Positions 27,462 through 40,797 of a DNA stretch of 64,000 nucleotides are shown here, one piece after another. The DNA lies in contig JAQGDQ010000083.1 of NCBI GenBank assembly GCA_030141605.1, forward strand, positions 558,001-622,000. Reading direction: 5' to 3'. Below the pieces are notes generated by a model that was given only the letters and a program-made list of their open reading frames with translations, did no database searches and was not told the origin of the DNA. A program made the position numbers and the translations under genes. Numbering within the stretch: position 1 is the first letter of the stretch; each line of letters begins with the position of its first letter. Source of the stretch: Tubiluchus corallicola. Taxonomy: Eukaryota > Animalia > Priapulida.

Positions 27462-28245
27462 TTTTTGGCTAACTAGGAGAAGCTTTTTGGCTGACTAGGA
27501 AAAGCTTTTTGGCTGCCGGGGAGAAGCTTTTTGGCTGACAAAGAAAAGCTTTTGGCAGACTAGGAGTTTTTGGCTGAGTAGGACAAGACTTTGGCTAACT
27601 ATGAGACGCTTTTTGGCTGACTAGGAGAAGACTTTGGCTAACTATGAGACGCTTTTTGGCTGACTAGGAGAAGACTTTGGCTAACTAGGAGACGCTTTTT
27701 GGCTGACTAGGGGAAGACTTTGACTGACTAGGAGACGCTTTTTGGCTGATTAGGCGAAGCTTTTTGGCTGACGGGGAGAAGCTCTTTGGCTGACTAGGAG
27801 AAGACTTTGGCTGAATAAGAGAAGCTTTTTGGCTGACAAAGAAAAGGTTTTGGCAGACTAGGAGTTTTTGGCTGACCAGGAGAAGTTTTTGGCTGACTAG
27901 GACAAGACTTTGGCTAACTATGAGACGCTTTTTGGCTGACTAGGAGAAGACTTTGGCTAACTATGAGACGCTTTTTGGCTGATTAGGCGAAGCTTTTTGG
28001 CTGACGGGGAGAAGTTTTTTTGGCTGAATAAGAGAAGCTTATTGGCTGACTAAGAGAAGCTTTTTGGCTGACGAGGAGAAGCTTTTTGGCTGACAAAGAA
28101 AAGCTTTTGGTAGACTAGGAGTTTTTGGCTGACCAGGAGAAGCTTTTGGCTGACTAGGAGAAAACTTTGGCTGAATAAGAGGACCTTTTTGGCAGACTAG
28201 GAGAAGATCTTTGACTGACTTGGAGAAGCTTTTTAACTAACTAGG
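27462..28245. repeat. About 22-bp minisatellite, roughly 35 copies
   Basis: Unit ggctgactaggagaagcttttt (ggct at 27467, 27489, 27511, 27533...) with length variants. Confidence 0.95.
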
Positions 28246-28424
28246 TCCTGGAGAAGCAATTTACAGGTTTCGCGCATACCGTATGTAGAATCAAAGAATC
28301 TGCGCGTGAATACGTGATGCGCTGATTTAAGGACGTAATTTAATAAGAAAATAGTAAATTAATACAATTACCGCATAACGTGTATTAAACATTTTAATTC
28401 ATTAGTGGCTATTTCGCAGAGACT

Positions 28425-28664
28425 TAAAGCACAAGAAAACCCTCCACTTACATAAACCTAAAAAAAACTCGCCTTGAAATTTTATACCACTTACATATTA
28501 CCTTTTTGCATACAGAGCTTGTGAGCATGTACGAGCAGCGACACTGTATAAAACGCGTAAATTTAAACTCCCGCGATGACCGTTACACGCAGCCATTTTG
28601 ATGATGTCATTTGAAAAAGGTCTAGATAACACTGAGTAAAGTTTGAAAAAATAACCGGACCACT
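28425..28664 (+). repeat. Dispersed repeat family C, copy 1
   Basis: tgtataaaac..gtaaat.taaactc.cgcgatgac.gtta..cgcagccatttt...aaagtttgaaaaaata shared with 56435-56660 (+) and 39285-39510 (-). Confidence 0.75.
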
Positions 28665-28667
28665 ACC

Positions 28668-28880
28668 TAGCGAGTGGTGCACCCTGGAGGTGAGACAAGG
28701 ACATTTTACAATTCGGTGAAAGCATTTTAAATATTTAAATCATGTAATGGCGCGGTCGGAACAGTATTGCGGGAGATTTAAAATGAAAACACAAAAAATC
28801 CTTTCAACGCGACCTCCGATATACTCACAAAATTGGTTTTTTCTGAAACCTGCTTCAGGTACCCCTTTTCTTGCCCCTTA
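28668..28880 (+). repeat. Dispersed repeat family B, copy 1
   Basis: tgcaccctggaggtgagacaaggacatttta...acagtattgcgggagatttaaaatgaaaac...cttcaggtacccc is the reverse complement of 63571-63940. Confidence 0.75.
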
Positions 28881-29079
28881 TGTGGCGTTTATGTAGTATA
28901 CGGATGCGGATGCATTTACCACGTGCAGAATAGCCTGTGGAAAAAATCAATAGCTGCAGAAAAAGAATAACGCCTACGCAGGCTGCATGAATGGGTGCAT
29001 TGAAAACAATATAAACCTATTTTATCTATACCGCACACCTAAAAACGCATCCGCATCCGCATGCTACATAAACGCCTCT
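28881..29079. mobile_element. MITE family A, complete copy of about 200 bp
   Basis: TIR of about 36 bp: tgtggcgtttatgtagtatacggatgcggatgcattt / aaacgcatccgcatccgcatgctacataaacgcctct; flanks tta and taa. Confidence 0.85.
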
Positions 29080-29490
29080 TAACACGCAAACGTTTTAGCT
29101 AGATTTAATACAAATCTGATTCATCTTATTTGGTAATTTCAATTCAAGTCCAATATAAAGTTTAACAGTGATTTTATTCAATATACAGATTGACTAAAAT
29201 TTCAAAGTTCTCGATCTGTATTCAGCAGTGATTCAACACAGGCATGCTAATAAAGTGGATTTAACTAAGGCAACATAACGGATTCCATGTGAGTTAACAC
29301 GAATTCAACAATGATTTGTGTGTGTAAATTCAACACGGCTTCAGCCTTGAACCAACATAAATTCGCTCGTGAAATTCAACAAAACTTACTAATGCAAATT
29401 CAACACGAACTCGGTAAGCCGAATTAAACCAGGATTTACTTATTTCACTTCACTTAAAACAAGTTATTAAAGCCAACAAGCTTTAATTAA

Positions 29491-30094
29491 AGGAAGACAG
29501 GATGATATTACCCCATTTTCAAGTCCGATAGGAAGTATACATTTTAACACGATTAATACTGCAAAAGCGCTTCTGACAATTAAATAATAGATTAAAAACT
29601 TAAGTGACGGATGGCGAGCCCAACTATTGATGACGTCACAAACTATCATAATTTTCAACAGCAAAAATAATCCACGAGCGTGTTGCACGTGTTTGCGAAA
29701 GACAAAATTGAAGTACTGTGACTGTAAGATACTCAGTGTGTTGTACTAAAACTCGACAAGTTTTAAGATAAAAATTCAAATTTCAAATTTACTGCTGTGC
29801 TCACGCATGAGCTGTCGAACGTGTGCAGTTCGTCAGAAACTAACACATCTGAACCGAGAGGTACAGCACCTTTTTTATGCAATGCGTTTCCGAAATACTG
29901 GCGCTAGTGCCCGTCAAATTAGCGAATGGCGAAATTCATGTAACAACGAAGAATTGCGGGAACAGGAAATTGTGTTTGTGTGGTAATAATTCTTTCACGC
30001 AAGTCGTTTTTTAAAAAAAAAGTATGTTTTCTTTCAATGTTTTAAAGAGTAGTTTGCTTGAACCTTCAGTTTAAGATCCAGTCCGGTTTTGGTT
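29491..30094 (-). mobile_element. Kolobok-like MITE family D, copy 3
   Basis: ttaa|aggaagacaggatgat ... cagtttaagatccagtccggtttt; reverse complement of copy 1. Confidence 0.75.
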
Positions 30095-30109
30095 TTAAAA
30101 AAAAATTAG

Positions 30110-30289
30110 GCCTTTGTTTCAAATACGCCCGCCGCGAGATTCGTCTGGTGGGAGATAAGAACGATTTAAATTTGCTTCTGCATTTTTACGCAAGACATTT
30201 TATGCGTGTACATTGTGTGGTAATTTCAATATTTTTAAACGTATATTAAAATACAATGAATGTTATCTGAGGGTTGGCTTCTTCTTTAA
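30110..30289. mobile_element. Repeat family E terminus, copy 2
   Basis: Similar to 18750-18928. Confidence 0.65.
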
Positions 30290-33200
30290 AAAATTGATAC
30301 TGATCATATTTAATATCGGTAGTGATTTTACATTCACCCGTCGTTCTTCGGCTTATACAACAATTATAATCCAATCGTTTCTAGCACACCACAAGCTGTG
30401 GTCACAAAAATAACATTCTTGCAGTAAAATGTCGACTGAAAAGCCTTCCCAACAGAGTGCTTGTTTTCAATGTAAATATGCTGTTATGAAGAAACTTTCA
30501 CTCGTCAATTGGTAATGATATTTTGTCAGCTGATATATGAAAATAGTCAGAAAGATCAGGCAAAGACGAGAGGAAATCATCGTGTATGGCAGCAAGTTCA
30601 ATCGATCAGGAAAAAACGGGGGCGCAATATTGAATCGCTGCTGACCCTGATCGATTGGCTCAGCATCTCAAATGAGTAGCTTCATCCTTCAAGACTTATT
30701 CTTCTCTTCGACTCTCATCTACAGCTGACGCTAGCATTGAGATTTCATCAGCTCACAACCAGAGGGCAGTGTAACCGGATTTCCTTCTGCAAATAACAAC
30801 TTTCCTGGCTTTTCAGGAAAAAACACGGCAGCTAGTGAAAGACCATTTCGTATTGTGACATTAATAGAAAACGAATTAACACAGTTAATTAGACCCAGAA
30901 GAGTAATTAGTACGTGTTTACAGTGTTGCGTGTCTTTATTAAAATATTTGCAAGGTTATAATATTATGGAGGATGAACAAAAAGAAGATAGCGAGCGATA
31001 CAAGCTATTAAACAAAACTATAAAATGTGCTTATTTTGCTTAGGCCAGCCGTACATTATATTAATAAATATACATTAAAACGACTTCTTTATGTTATTCT
31101 TATTATTATTGCATACTATACTGTAAACAACAATTGCTAAAGCAAGACCTAACGGTGATTACTAAGTCTAACATAATATAATCCTAGTTTTAGTTCATAT
31201 TGGCATTAATTTCTATAACATATTCGTTTATCACAGTTTTGTTCTGTCTTCACCCGTTACAAATACACTGAAAACAAGGTTCTATTACAGGCTATACTTA
31301 ATTCAAATACTGAAGCTGAAGTATAGGCCATTGCAAGTATATTATGCTGTCTAAATATTTACCCATTTAACAGTGTTTTGGAAAATTCCCCGGTCATGCT
31401 TATTTTCTGTTTGTTGAAAACATATTTTACACAAATTCAATCATTATAACTAAATAAACAAATTTTCTGTTTAACGATTCTTTCTTCTCTACAAAAATTG
31501 GATAATCTGGGAAGCCACAATGTGACTGCTAGAAAAAGCACAAGAAAAATAGTTTAATAATTAGTAAAAAACGCATGTCTTAATATTTAGCATTGCTATT
31601 TTGCCAGCTGTGAGGAGCATAAACGGACTGGGTATTATTCATTGGGAATAGTGTCGTATCTCATCTTTCAAAAGCCTCGCTGAATTATGATTTCTGGCGA
31701 TAAAAAATGAAAAAAATTAAAAAAAAATTTAATAAATATTAGAATGATTAAATATTAAGAAATGGGCTATCATTTCCTGACGCCCTGTATATTCTCGCGT
31801 TAACTTGAGCAAAATATTATAATACTATTAGAATTTAGCTAAATATGTAGCAATTGTAATGAGAAATCAGTTTTAAGAATCCATGGCTAACAAGCACTTG
31901 ACTGCGAGAATATAAACCATGCAGAAGCAAAGACAAGGGAACAATTAAAAATGAATTTTTTATTTACAAAAAAATAAACAATAAGAATGAGCAAAACAAT
32001 GAGCAAAGCTTCAACTACACAAACGTCCATGTTGGAAACGAAAAAACACACTTGTTTTGCAGATAAAGATCTTCTTATTGCAATTTAAAGTAAAGAATGT
32101 AAAAGAAACAACATTTCTCCTGGTAGATACTCGCATTTTCTGTTACCTGATTTGGCCTTCGAATGTGTTGACTTTCATTAATTTTACTGCTATAAACAGA
32201 ACAACAACGTCCCTTCGAGTTACTGATCCGACAGCTCGGATTTAATGTAATATTTTTAATCCCTATAGTATAGATTAGTACAGACAATTATTGTTCGCAT
32301 TATAACCTAAACGAGTTTTTATTTTTTAAACATTTCATAACGAAAGTAAATATTAGATGCTATTAATTTAATTTAAAGTGATGTAGATGCACCTGGGTGG
32401 AACTCGAAATTTTGTTTACCAAATTCCTACATAAATAAATTTCAAACTTATAGGCTGAATTTAAATTTATTTAAAAGGCAGTTAAATCACTGACGAACTA
32501 AGTTTAATTTAACTTTGATTTCAGTAAACTATACTATTATATTCTTGACAGACATATTATTCTTAACAAAAAAGCGATAAAATAACGGACGAAAACGACA
32601 CATTTCTTTGTTGTGAAGAAATTGACAAGCACACGCACAGTTATGCTGAAGTTCACGTCGGAGCGATTTAAACTATTTCATGTTGTTCTGTTTCTTATTT
32701 TTGCAGGCAAAACGTTTCTATATTATGGCGTAAAATTTCAAGTCAAAAGACTACATGAAAAAATCGAGCACACATATAATTATTTCGCATAAGCATGAAC
32801 ATAAGTATACAAACACAGCACAAAATCCAAAGCAGTACTTCTAGAAAGCTCTAAAACTGTAAGGTTATAATTTTGCTTTCATGTTGCAAACGACAATATT
32901 TGGTAAAAGATCTTTGTCTGCAACACATGTTGCAGTATTGATTTGTTTCCAACAAATACAGTTTAGAATTTTCTTCCGATCAGAAAAGACGCAGTTATCG
33001 TGCAGTAATGCATCATCTTAAACGTTATATGAAAAAGTATTCAAGAATGCGCGTATTTGAGAGCTTCTATAGACGCAGGCGCTGCTACTTGATACTTGAT
33101 ACAGAGATTTTGCATTAAGGATGTGGATTTTGTTTTGGTTAAAGTTGTTACGCACAGACTACGTGCTTGCTTTGCTTTTCGCTGAACTCATGAACGTTAG

Positions 33201-34167
33201 AAACTTGATCTTTTATAACCACTTCACGCCCGCTATCCAGTAACGATTCTACTACAAACTGTTTAATTAAAAGCACAGAATCTCCAGCAAACTCTTGTCA
33301 TGAACTTCCTCTATTCCTACAAAGCGCTTCTTAGAAATTAATTGGCAGCCAGCTTCTTGCCGCTGTTAATACGACACCTTGCGTTGAAGTCTCACAATTA
33401 TCTTCGGATTGCAGTAAAACTGACATTTATCTCAGCGCAGTTTTCAGCAAATTCTAAGCGTTGCATAAATTGACAATTTGATTAGAAAAGTCACTTTGAT
33501 ACAGACAAGCGTATTATTTGCAGTATTGATTTTTCTAATGACGGCTTAATATCTCTCAGTGTTTGCAAGCACTATAATTTATACGTTCAGTAGGACGTTC
33601 TCTGACAGATCTAACTAAAACGTCTGTTTTGAGTGAAACGGGTCAGAATTTATGACGCGATGCGAGTGAGGATATTAGCAGAGATCGCGCTTAGCGGGAT
33701 ATCCTATTTTTGATTAAGATAAATAATAAAGGCGACGTATGACGCTGGACTGACGACCCAAGAAAATTTGAGTGAATGAAGAATATGGGCAATGATTTCC
33801 CGAGTAGATGTGACTACACAGTTGGAGCTCCATTTAAGCAAGCCAGACAACAATCGCGTCATTATGAAACTTTATCATCAATTTACGTTCTCGATTGGGA
33901 AATTACGCCAGCAGTTGGCTTGACAAACCACAGGAGATCAACTGTTGTGAAGGCTACGCCCAGTCAATATATCTTCACTGTACTTCATTAGTCAAAAATT
34001 GCATGTTAGCCCATATGAACTGATTGATGGGTGTATTTTCTTGACAAAGTTTTAAGTACTCTAACTGTTTACAATAATTATAAACCCTGTTATATTACTG
34101 CATACGATTAATATTATTTGGCTTAGATGCAAAACATTTTCCAAGTCTAACAAACTTTAAATATAGT

Positions 34168-34192
34168 AACAACAACAACAACAACAACAACA
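34168..34192. repeat. (AAC)n microsatellite
   Basis: aacaacaacaacaacaacaacaaca. Confidence 0.9.
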
Positions 34193-34895
34193 AGAATATT
34201 ATTATAATAATGATAATCTTAACAATTTTCCACGATACGTGGTAACAGCGCGGACACGGGCATGATCAAACTTCGCCTGTATCTTCCCTATATTGGCTGT
34301 CTGGAAAACTGACGCTAGAACATGGCCGAATTCATTAAAAAATAATAAAATAATTGCTCAATCTCGTGCAGCAACTGTGTGAGAATTCCAAGGACATGTC
34401 TCTTGAGAACTGTAAGCTGCTGTCGTCCAGAGAATGTTTAATAGTTAATAAACTGCGAGTGCAGAACTCACGCAACTGCTTCTCAAAGCATCCGACGGTG
34501 CCAAATTTGATAAAACTCAAAATAATACGGCGTTATATAATACAAGCTTCAAATGTTTTAACTAAACGTAAAGTTTTAAATTATTGCTTGCAGTTTACGC
34601 TTAATTTTTGGGTATAAAAGCGTTGCATTAAATGTTTGAATAAAAAGAATAAGGTAAAATGTGATGTCATTCTTACCAAACTGAGATTGCAAATTGCGAT
34701 TGCAATGATGAAAAAATTACCATCCACGGTTCCTGTAATCACATACAGCTTTCAGATTATGTATAAGTAGGTACCTATGTGTTAAATTTCATTACAAACA
34801 CAATTATCTACACATTAATACAAATTGCACCCTTGAAATAGAGATTGTACATCATTGTTAAGTTACCTTTGGTTTAATATAGTATCTGGTGTGTG

Positions 34896-36230
34896 TCAAA
34901 CATGCGTTTGTGCATTTGGTGTCGCTAGTAAAACGCGATGTGGTGCCGAATGGTCCTGTATTTGAATCAGAGTCGTTTCACTCTTGCTGTCGCCTTTAAG
35001 ATTCGTCTGAGAGCTAATCATACTGGATTTTTTCTGCTGTGTAACGAACGTGTCACTTGGTCCAAACCTGTCGGTGTAGAGTTCCTTGCGTAACCTTTCC
35101 TGCATCGTGTTGCATCGAAAGCACAACAAATCCTGGAACGGTTTCCGGAACTCACGGTTCAGAGTCGCGTATATGATTGGGTTCAACATGGAATTACCGT
35201 AACCTAACCATAAAAACAAACTCATGACACCTGGTGGCACGCGATCCAAGCAGGCTTTATTGTTGTAATATTTACACAAGGGCAGTACAAGAGCGGTGAC
35301 AAAAAACGGTAACCAACATAGAACAAAAGTTCCCATTATAACTCCTAAAGTTTTGGCTGCCTTGGTCTCACGATGGAAATGGGAATCGCTTCCCCGGCGG
35401 TGATGATGGGATTTTATGCTCATTTTATCACGAAATTTAGAAAGTGCGCCTCTGCACAGTTTTGAACCGGTTTCATTATCCAATTGATTCAAGTCGCCGT
35501 TTGGATTTTCCGCTGGTGGTCTATACATTGTCATTGAGCGGTAGGACTTGGCTTCTTCGTCGCTTATCCGTTTTGCTGCTAGAAATATTTTCAGGTACAA
35601 AACAATCATGATAGTACACGGCAGATAAAAAGCGCACACTGTAGCATAAAGTTGATACCACAAATTCTGGCTGACCTGACACATACCGGGAGGTTGCGGT
35701 TCCTTCCAACCGAAAAGAGGAGGGATGCTTATTAAAGCTGACGAGAACCAGACGATGAGGATTATGATTAGCATTCGTTTTGGTGTCCGCTTGCATGCAT
35801 ATTTCAGAGGGCGAGTTATTGCGAAGTATCTATCAACGCTTATCATACACAAGTTGAGTATTGAAGCTGTACATAGAAGAACGTCACTTGACGTCCAGAC
35901 ATCACACATGTTATTACTAAGTACCCATTCGCCTTTAATTTCATATATCAAAGCGAACGGCATAACCATTATAGCTACACACAAATCAGCTACAGCCAGA
36001 GACACAAGTAAATAGTTATATGGTGCTCTTAGCTTTCTTACCACGCATATTGCCAAGACGACTAGTACATTTCCAACTATTGTACTCAGTATCACTAAGA
36101 TAAGAATAACAGATATCAGCGCAACTGCCCATAACGGATACATGGCTCTAGTTTCCCCAGCCATTGTGGTTGTTTCCATCATCAACAAATCCGATGTATT
36201 TGAAGTAGTTCCTGCCATCGCGTCTTGCAT
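34896..36230 (-). CDS. 5-HT7: Serotonin receptor, 5-HT7 type (class A aminergic GPCR), single coding exon, 444 aa
   Basis: Seven hydrophobic helices; GN (TM1), SLAVAD (TM2), DVLLCTASILNLC with the amine-binding Asp plus DRY (TM3), YQLYATVCAFYLP (TM5), KAAKTLG..CWLPFF (TM6), SLFLWLGYGNSMLNPIIYATLNREFRKPF (TM7/H8, closely resembling invertebrate 5-HT7); N-terminal NTS sequon; AAAATG start with an in-frame TAA 18 nt upstream. Confidence 0.95.
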   Translation of the reverse strand: MQDAMAGTTSNTSDLLMMETTTMAGETRAMYPLWAVALISVILILVILSTIVGNVLVVLAICVVRKLRAPYNYLLVSLAVADLCVAIMVMPFALIYEIKGEWVLSNNMCDVWTSSDVLLCTASILNLCMISVDRYFAITRPLKYACKRTPKRMLIIILIVWFSSALISIPPLFGWKEPQPPGMCQVSQNLWYQLYATVCAFYLPCTIMIVLYLKIFLAAKRISDEEAKSYRSMTMYRPPAENPNGDLNQLDNETGSKLCRGALSKFRDKMSIKSHHHRRGSDSHFHRETKAAKTLGVIMGTFVLCWLPFFVTALVLPLCKYYNNKACLDRVPPGVMSLFLWLGYGNSMLNPIIYATLNREFRKPFQDLLCFRCNTMQERLRKELYTDRFGPSDTFVTQQKKSSMISSQTNLKGDSKSETTLIQIQDHSAPHRVLLATPNAQTHV

Positions 36231-39200
36231 TTTATCACGATCTAATTACAAATGTATCTGTTTCTGAATCGGACATTTTGGTTTTGCGCGTCTTTGAAAC
36301 TAAACAGAAGAGCTTCATTATGAGTTGACGTCGCTCACTCGAGATTCTGCTACTAATGTGACGGTGCGGCTGCTGTGGCTGCAATGTGAGACGGTGAGAA
36401 GCCAGCACGCAGCGCAGAAGCGTTACGCTTTATGAAGCCAATGCTCTGGCGACTACTTTGTCCTCTTCCACATAAACACAACTTCATCGCCAGCTCGATT
36501 AAGTAGTTAGTGTAATTAAGTTCAGATGCACTGCCTTCTCCGTTAAACCACTGAATTAATTTCAGGCGAAGCAGAAACCAATTTTACTCGAGTGTAATGG
36601 AAAAACCACAACAAATCACACTGATTTTAATCACGCGACTTTTAAAGCGCGAATACGCACCCAGTGCAAGACAAGCTTGTTTACTTAGATGATTTATAGC
36701 AACTACATATTACATTGCTGTATGTCTAACAGAAAAAATTGTCTCTTTATTGCGTCTCCTTGATTCAAAGCTCTAATATCAAATGCTTTTAATATTACTT
36801 CGCACAACTTCGCGTTCAATCGTCCATGTTACTTGACGCTGTAATTTCGCTTTGACTGATTTGTAAGAAGACACGGTTTGGTAGACAATATGAAGCGCTG
36901 ATTGTCTCCCAGCCTTTCTGAAAGAAAACGAATAAATTTACAAAGAATTTTTAGTGTTGCTATAAATACATTAGGAAATGCCACATGTCTGCTCTTTGAG
37001 TTACAGTTGCTCGCATTCCTTGACAGTCGGATCCAGCAAAGAGCTCGTATCTTTCCCAGCCACAAAGGGAGGAGCTCTATAAAAACATTTACGGAAACGT
37101 CGACATGTTAAATTCATATAGTTCTATGAAAATCTTGAGAAACCCCCACTCAAATATCAATAAAAAAAGATTATGGGGTTGGAAATCGTGTACCCCAGAA
37201 CTATCAAAGGCTTCCCATGGCAACTTCCTGGGGAACTGATACTTGTAAAATGGAAGCAATACTGACGTTTGCGATAAAAAAAGGTTTTGAAATACGGCCA
37301 GTGGCGTACGTAGGATACGCAGGCTGTGGAGTCATCTCCTCATGAAGAAACCACTACTTTACGCAACACCCTCCGTGTTAAATGAATCAGCCATTATTTT
37401 TGGTCGATGTTTTGTCAGATTTAGAATGACGCGCATGTTTCGGCCTGCACTAACACAAAATAATTATAGCTGAACTAGTATTCAAAAACCAAGAAAACAC
37501 AGTTTCTTAGTCGGGAAATGTCTATTTTCTAGCCACATGTAACATAGTAACATCAATGTCAATGTTTTGAGTTAACACAACGCTAATTGGCGAGAGTTCA
37601 AAGTTTATTTAAATATTATCAACATTTAATGTAAAATCATTAAGTTTGGCAACAGCCTTTAAAGAATTCGTGATGTTTTTCGAATAAAGAATAGAAAGTA
37701 GGACATGTCTATGATACACCTTCCGAAAAACTGAACTGTATAGACGTTTAAATTAAGTTTTAAATGTCTTAAATATAATTCAAATAATTCAAATATAATT
37801 CGGAAGTGTTAGTACGTTTGCTTTCATATATATATATATGCTTTCAAATATCGATCATTTAAACTATAAAAGACAGAATACTTGATTACACTTTACCAGA
37901 TAATACGCTTGATATGATAATTTTAATGAACACTTTATTAAATCAATAATCATTATTGTTAACGCCATAATTTATTTTGATATAGCAAATACTGAAAAAA
38001 GTTCTTCGTTGGATGAACTTCAAGGTACATATTATTTAGCAATATTAGGTTTATTAAAAACAAAGGTTTGTAACCACGTTACCTGCAAGTGATAACAGGC
38101 CTGAAGCAATTTTTAATTCATAAATTTCGAATCGTTGCTATTGATGTTAAAGTGTTACTCAAGATTAGATTACATGATTACATTAAATTTACTCAATCAA
38201 ATATACAATTGTACATATACAATAAAATCATACAAATAAATATGATTAGTTAATGTTTACTCAAGATACTAACGCTACAGAAAGTTTTGTTGCTTAGGCA
38301 CCAGTTCTGTAATTGTACTTAAAATTACCATTTCAGATATACTTACTAAAATAAAATTATGCATTTTAAATTTAGTTTATTTGCACAGCTTTTGTGTAAT
38401 TGAAAGTCATTTCCACGTTTTTCTAAAACACTGTACTTGAAATCCTATACTTTTCTTTCTGCGCACAATAATATATGGTTTGCCTAGCTTTATTCAATTA
38501 CCCCTGCTTAATTAAGCCATCATTATATGAGCAAGCTACGTAGGCGCTTTGTAATCATAATCCTCATCACACCACAATCTCGGATGGCTAGGTGAAGTGT
38601 AATGGCGTCGGCACAACGTGATGGATGGTTTTTCGCTCTTGCTGAAATGCATTAAAACTTTACTAGTTGGAAACGAGCGGTACACGCGTCTATTTATAAA
38701 GATTACGTAGGGTTAAATCCGGATATTAGAGTTCGTTGCAATGACTGATTGAGTTTTCTGTCGGAATTAAATCGCATAATCCTCTACTATTTACTTTATG
38801 TAGACGTTTGCACGTAGACTAGGCGATGCTTTAAGCATAACTGATGTGTCCAATAAAGCCTTGTGAGTGTACATAACATTTTTTGGCACACAGATTAAAT
38901 GAAATGTGTGTTATTAATCTTGATAAAATACTTTCTTATGAATATGTTTCATAAATGTGTATAGCATCGCATTACAGCTGATAATATGACGCATTATTAC
39001 AAGGTCACGTATATACTTTAAATGGTGAAGAAAAGGGATTTTAAAGAATGTCTCAGAAAAACTTTCAATACAAAATTATTTTAGTTAGCACTACGCTTAG
39101 CTCTTAGAAAGACTCGTATAAATGGAATTTTTTTTTGATAACATAAAATGTTCGCGCCACATAGTAAAACGGTATCGTATCACCGTCCCAATCTGGACAA

Positions 39201-39284
39201 CCGATTTACAAAAAACACATTGTCAAACATGTTGACAATATCATGTAATTTATACTTTTGCTCAGTTAGCATAAAGTATGTTAA

Positions 39285-39510
39285 GAATGTTCTGATTATT
39301 TTTTCAAACTTTACGCAATGTTATCTAAACTTGTCTCAAACGACTTGCCGTTAAAATGGCTGCGCCTAACTGACGGTCATCCTAGTAGTTTAAATTTACG
39401 GCGTTACTGTTAGCGCAAACTCCGTATGCAATAAGACAGCAGTAAAATGATATAAAATTTCAAGACGAATTTTTAAGCTTTATTTATGAAGATTGTTTTC
39501 TTGTGCGTTA
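39285..39510 (-). repeat. Dispersed repeat family C, copy 2
   Basis: tattttttcaaacttta...aaaatggctgcgcctaac..ggtcatc...gtttaaatttac is the reverse complement of the family C core. Confidence 0.7.
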
Positions 39511-39521
39511 ATAAGCCTCAA

Positions 39522-39523
<2 letters not shown>

Positions 39524-39572
<49 letters not shown>
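39524..39572. repeat. (AT)n microsatellite
   Basis: Directly visible. Confidence 0.97.
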
Positions 39573-39575
<3 letters not shown>

Positions 39576-39790
39576 GGTTTGAACTGTGCAGGTCCCTCTT
39601 ATTTCCCTAAGACCCTAACCTGTTAATTTGTCAAAACTGTGTTCCAGTAACAAGAACTTCTTCAATTTTCATCTGGGATGCTCATTTTAATTATGTGAAT
39701 ATATATCTCTTATGGCTCACAGCTGAGCCTCCTATTTGATACAGTTGTATTGTCTGTGCCTGAATGTTTTATAGATGTGATGAAAAGAAA

Positions 39791-39967
<177 letters not shown>

Positions 39968-40797
39968 GTAAAACATTGTTGTATAAAGACAAAAAAGAAT
40001 TGAAAAACAAATATATTTCTCCATAGATCTACAAAAGATCACCAGTATGCAAAAAATACGTATAAAATACAAACTACTTCCACAAGACTGAATGGTAAAA
40101 GCATTTTTGAGAATCACGTGCCTAAACCATTTCAGCTGGGCTTGTCGTGAGTGCTAGGTAAAATATTGACCCTCGTAATTACCAAGTGAAACTTCACGTT
40201 ACTTTATAACAATGGTTTAAATCAAATAGATACTTTAATGAAGTTGTTAATATAATCCACTTACCCAACGCTACCATAAAACCGAATATGAACTCACACA
40301 CATCAAGGCAAAAGTCATAAAACATTTAAACGTCATGCGCTTATAGTCTTTGTATAAACAGCACAAGCGACAAACGTATCCTATTATTTTCTAAAACTGT
40401 GCAGTAAGCAAGACTTGCACTGCATGAGCAGTTTTTATGCTTGCAGATATAACCTACCTGAGGGCAAAGTTAAGAGCTGAAATTGTCTACTGATTGTAGG
40501 TTCAGAGCCATTTAACAATGAGAAATATTTTACGTTTAACTTGAGCTGGAATTAATAGGAGCTCTTATAATTATTAGGCAGCCGACCGCATTCCACGAAG
40601 GTAGTACAAGGCAAGCCCCTTTGAAACTATATATCCGAGATTTTTGGAGTGGTATCATTCCTTGTCGAACAACTCCCACAACCTTTCCGGAGGACTCTAG
40701 AGAGGGGAACGGCAGTAATTTTGGTGGACTGTACCAACAGGAAACCCAGTTTTTATTCTAAATGAAGCTAACAGCTCTGACAGGTCCACGCACTTAA

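Noticed and set aside
35521-36015. Alternative-frame and antisense ORFs inside the GPCR
   Set aside because: Short shadow ORFs with no recognisable motif.
36425-36440. TATA-like CATAAAG about 200 bp upstream of the receptor ATG on the minus strand
   Set aside because: Weak match in AT-rich DNA and the transcription start is unknown.
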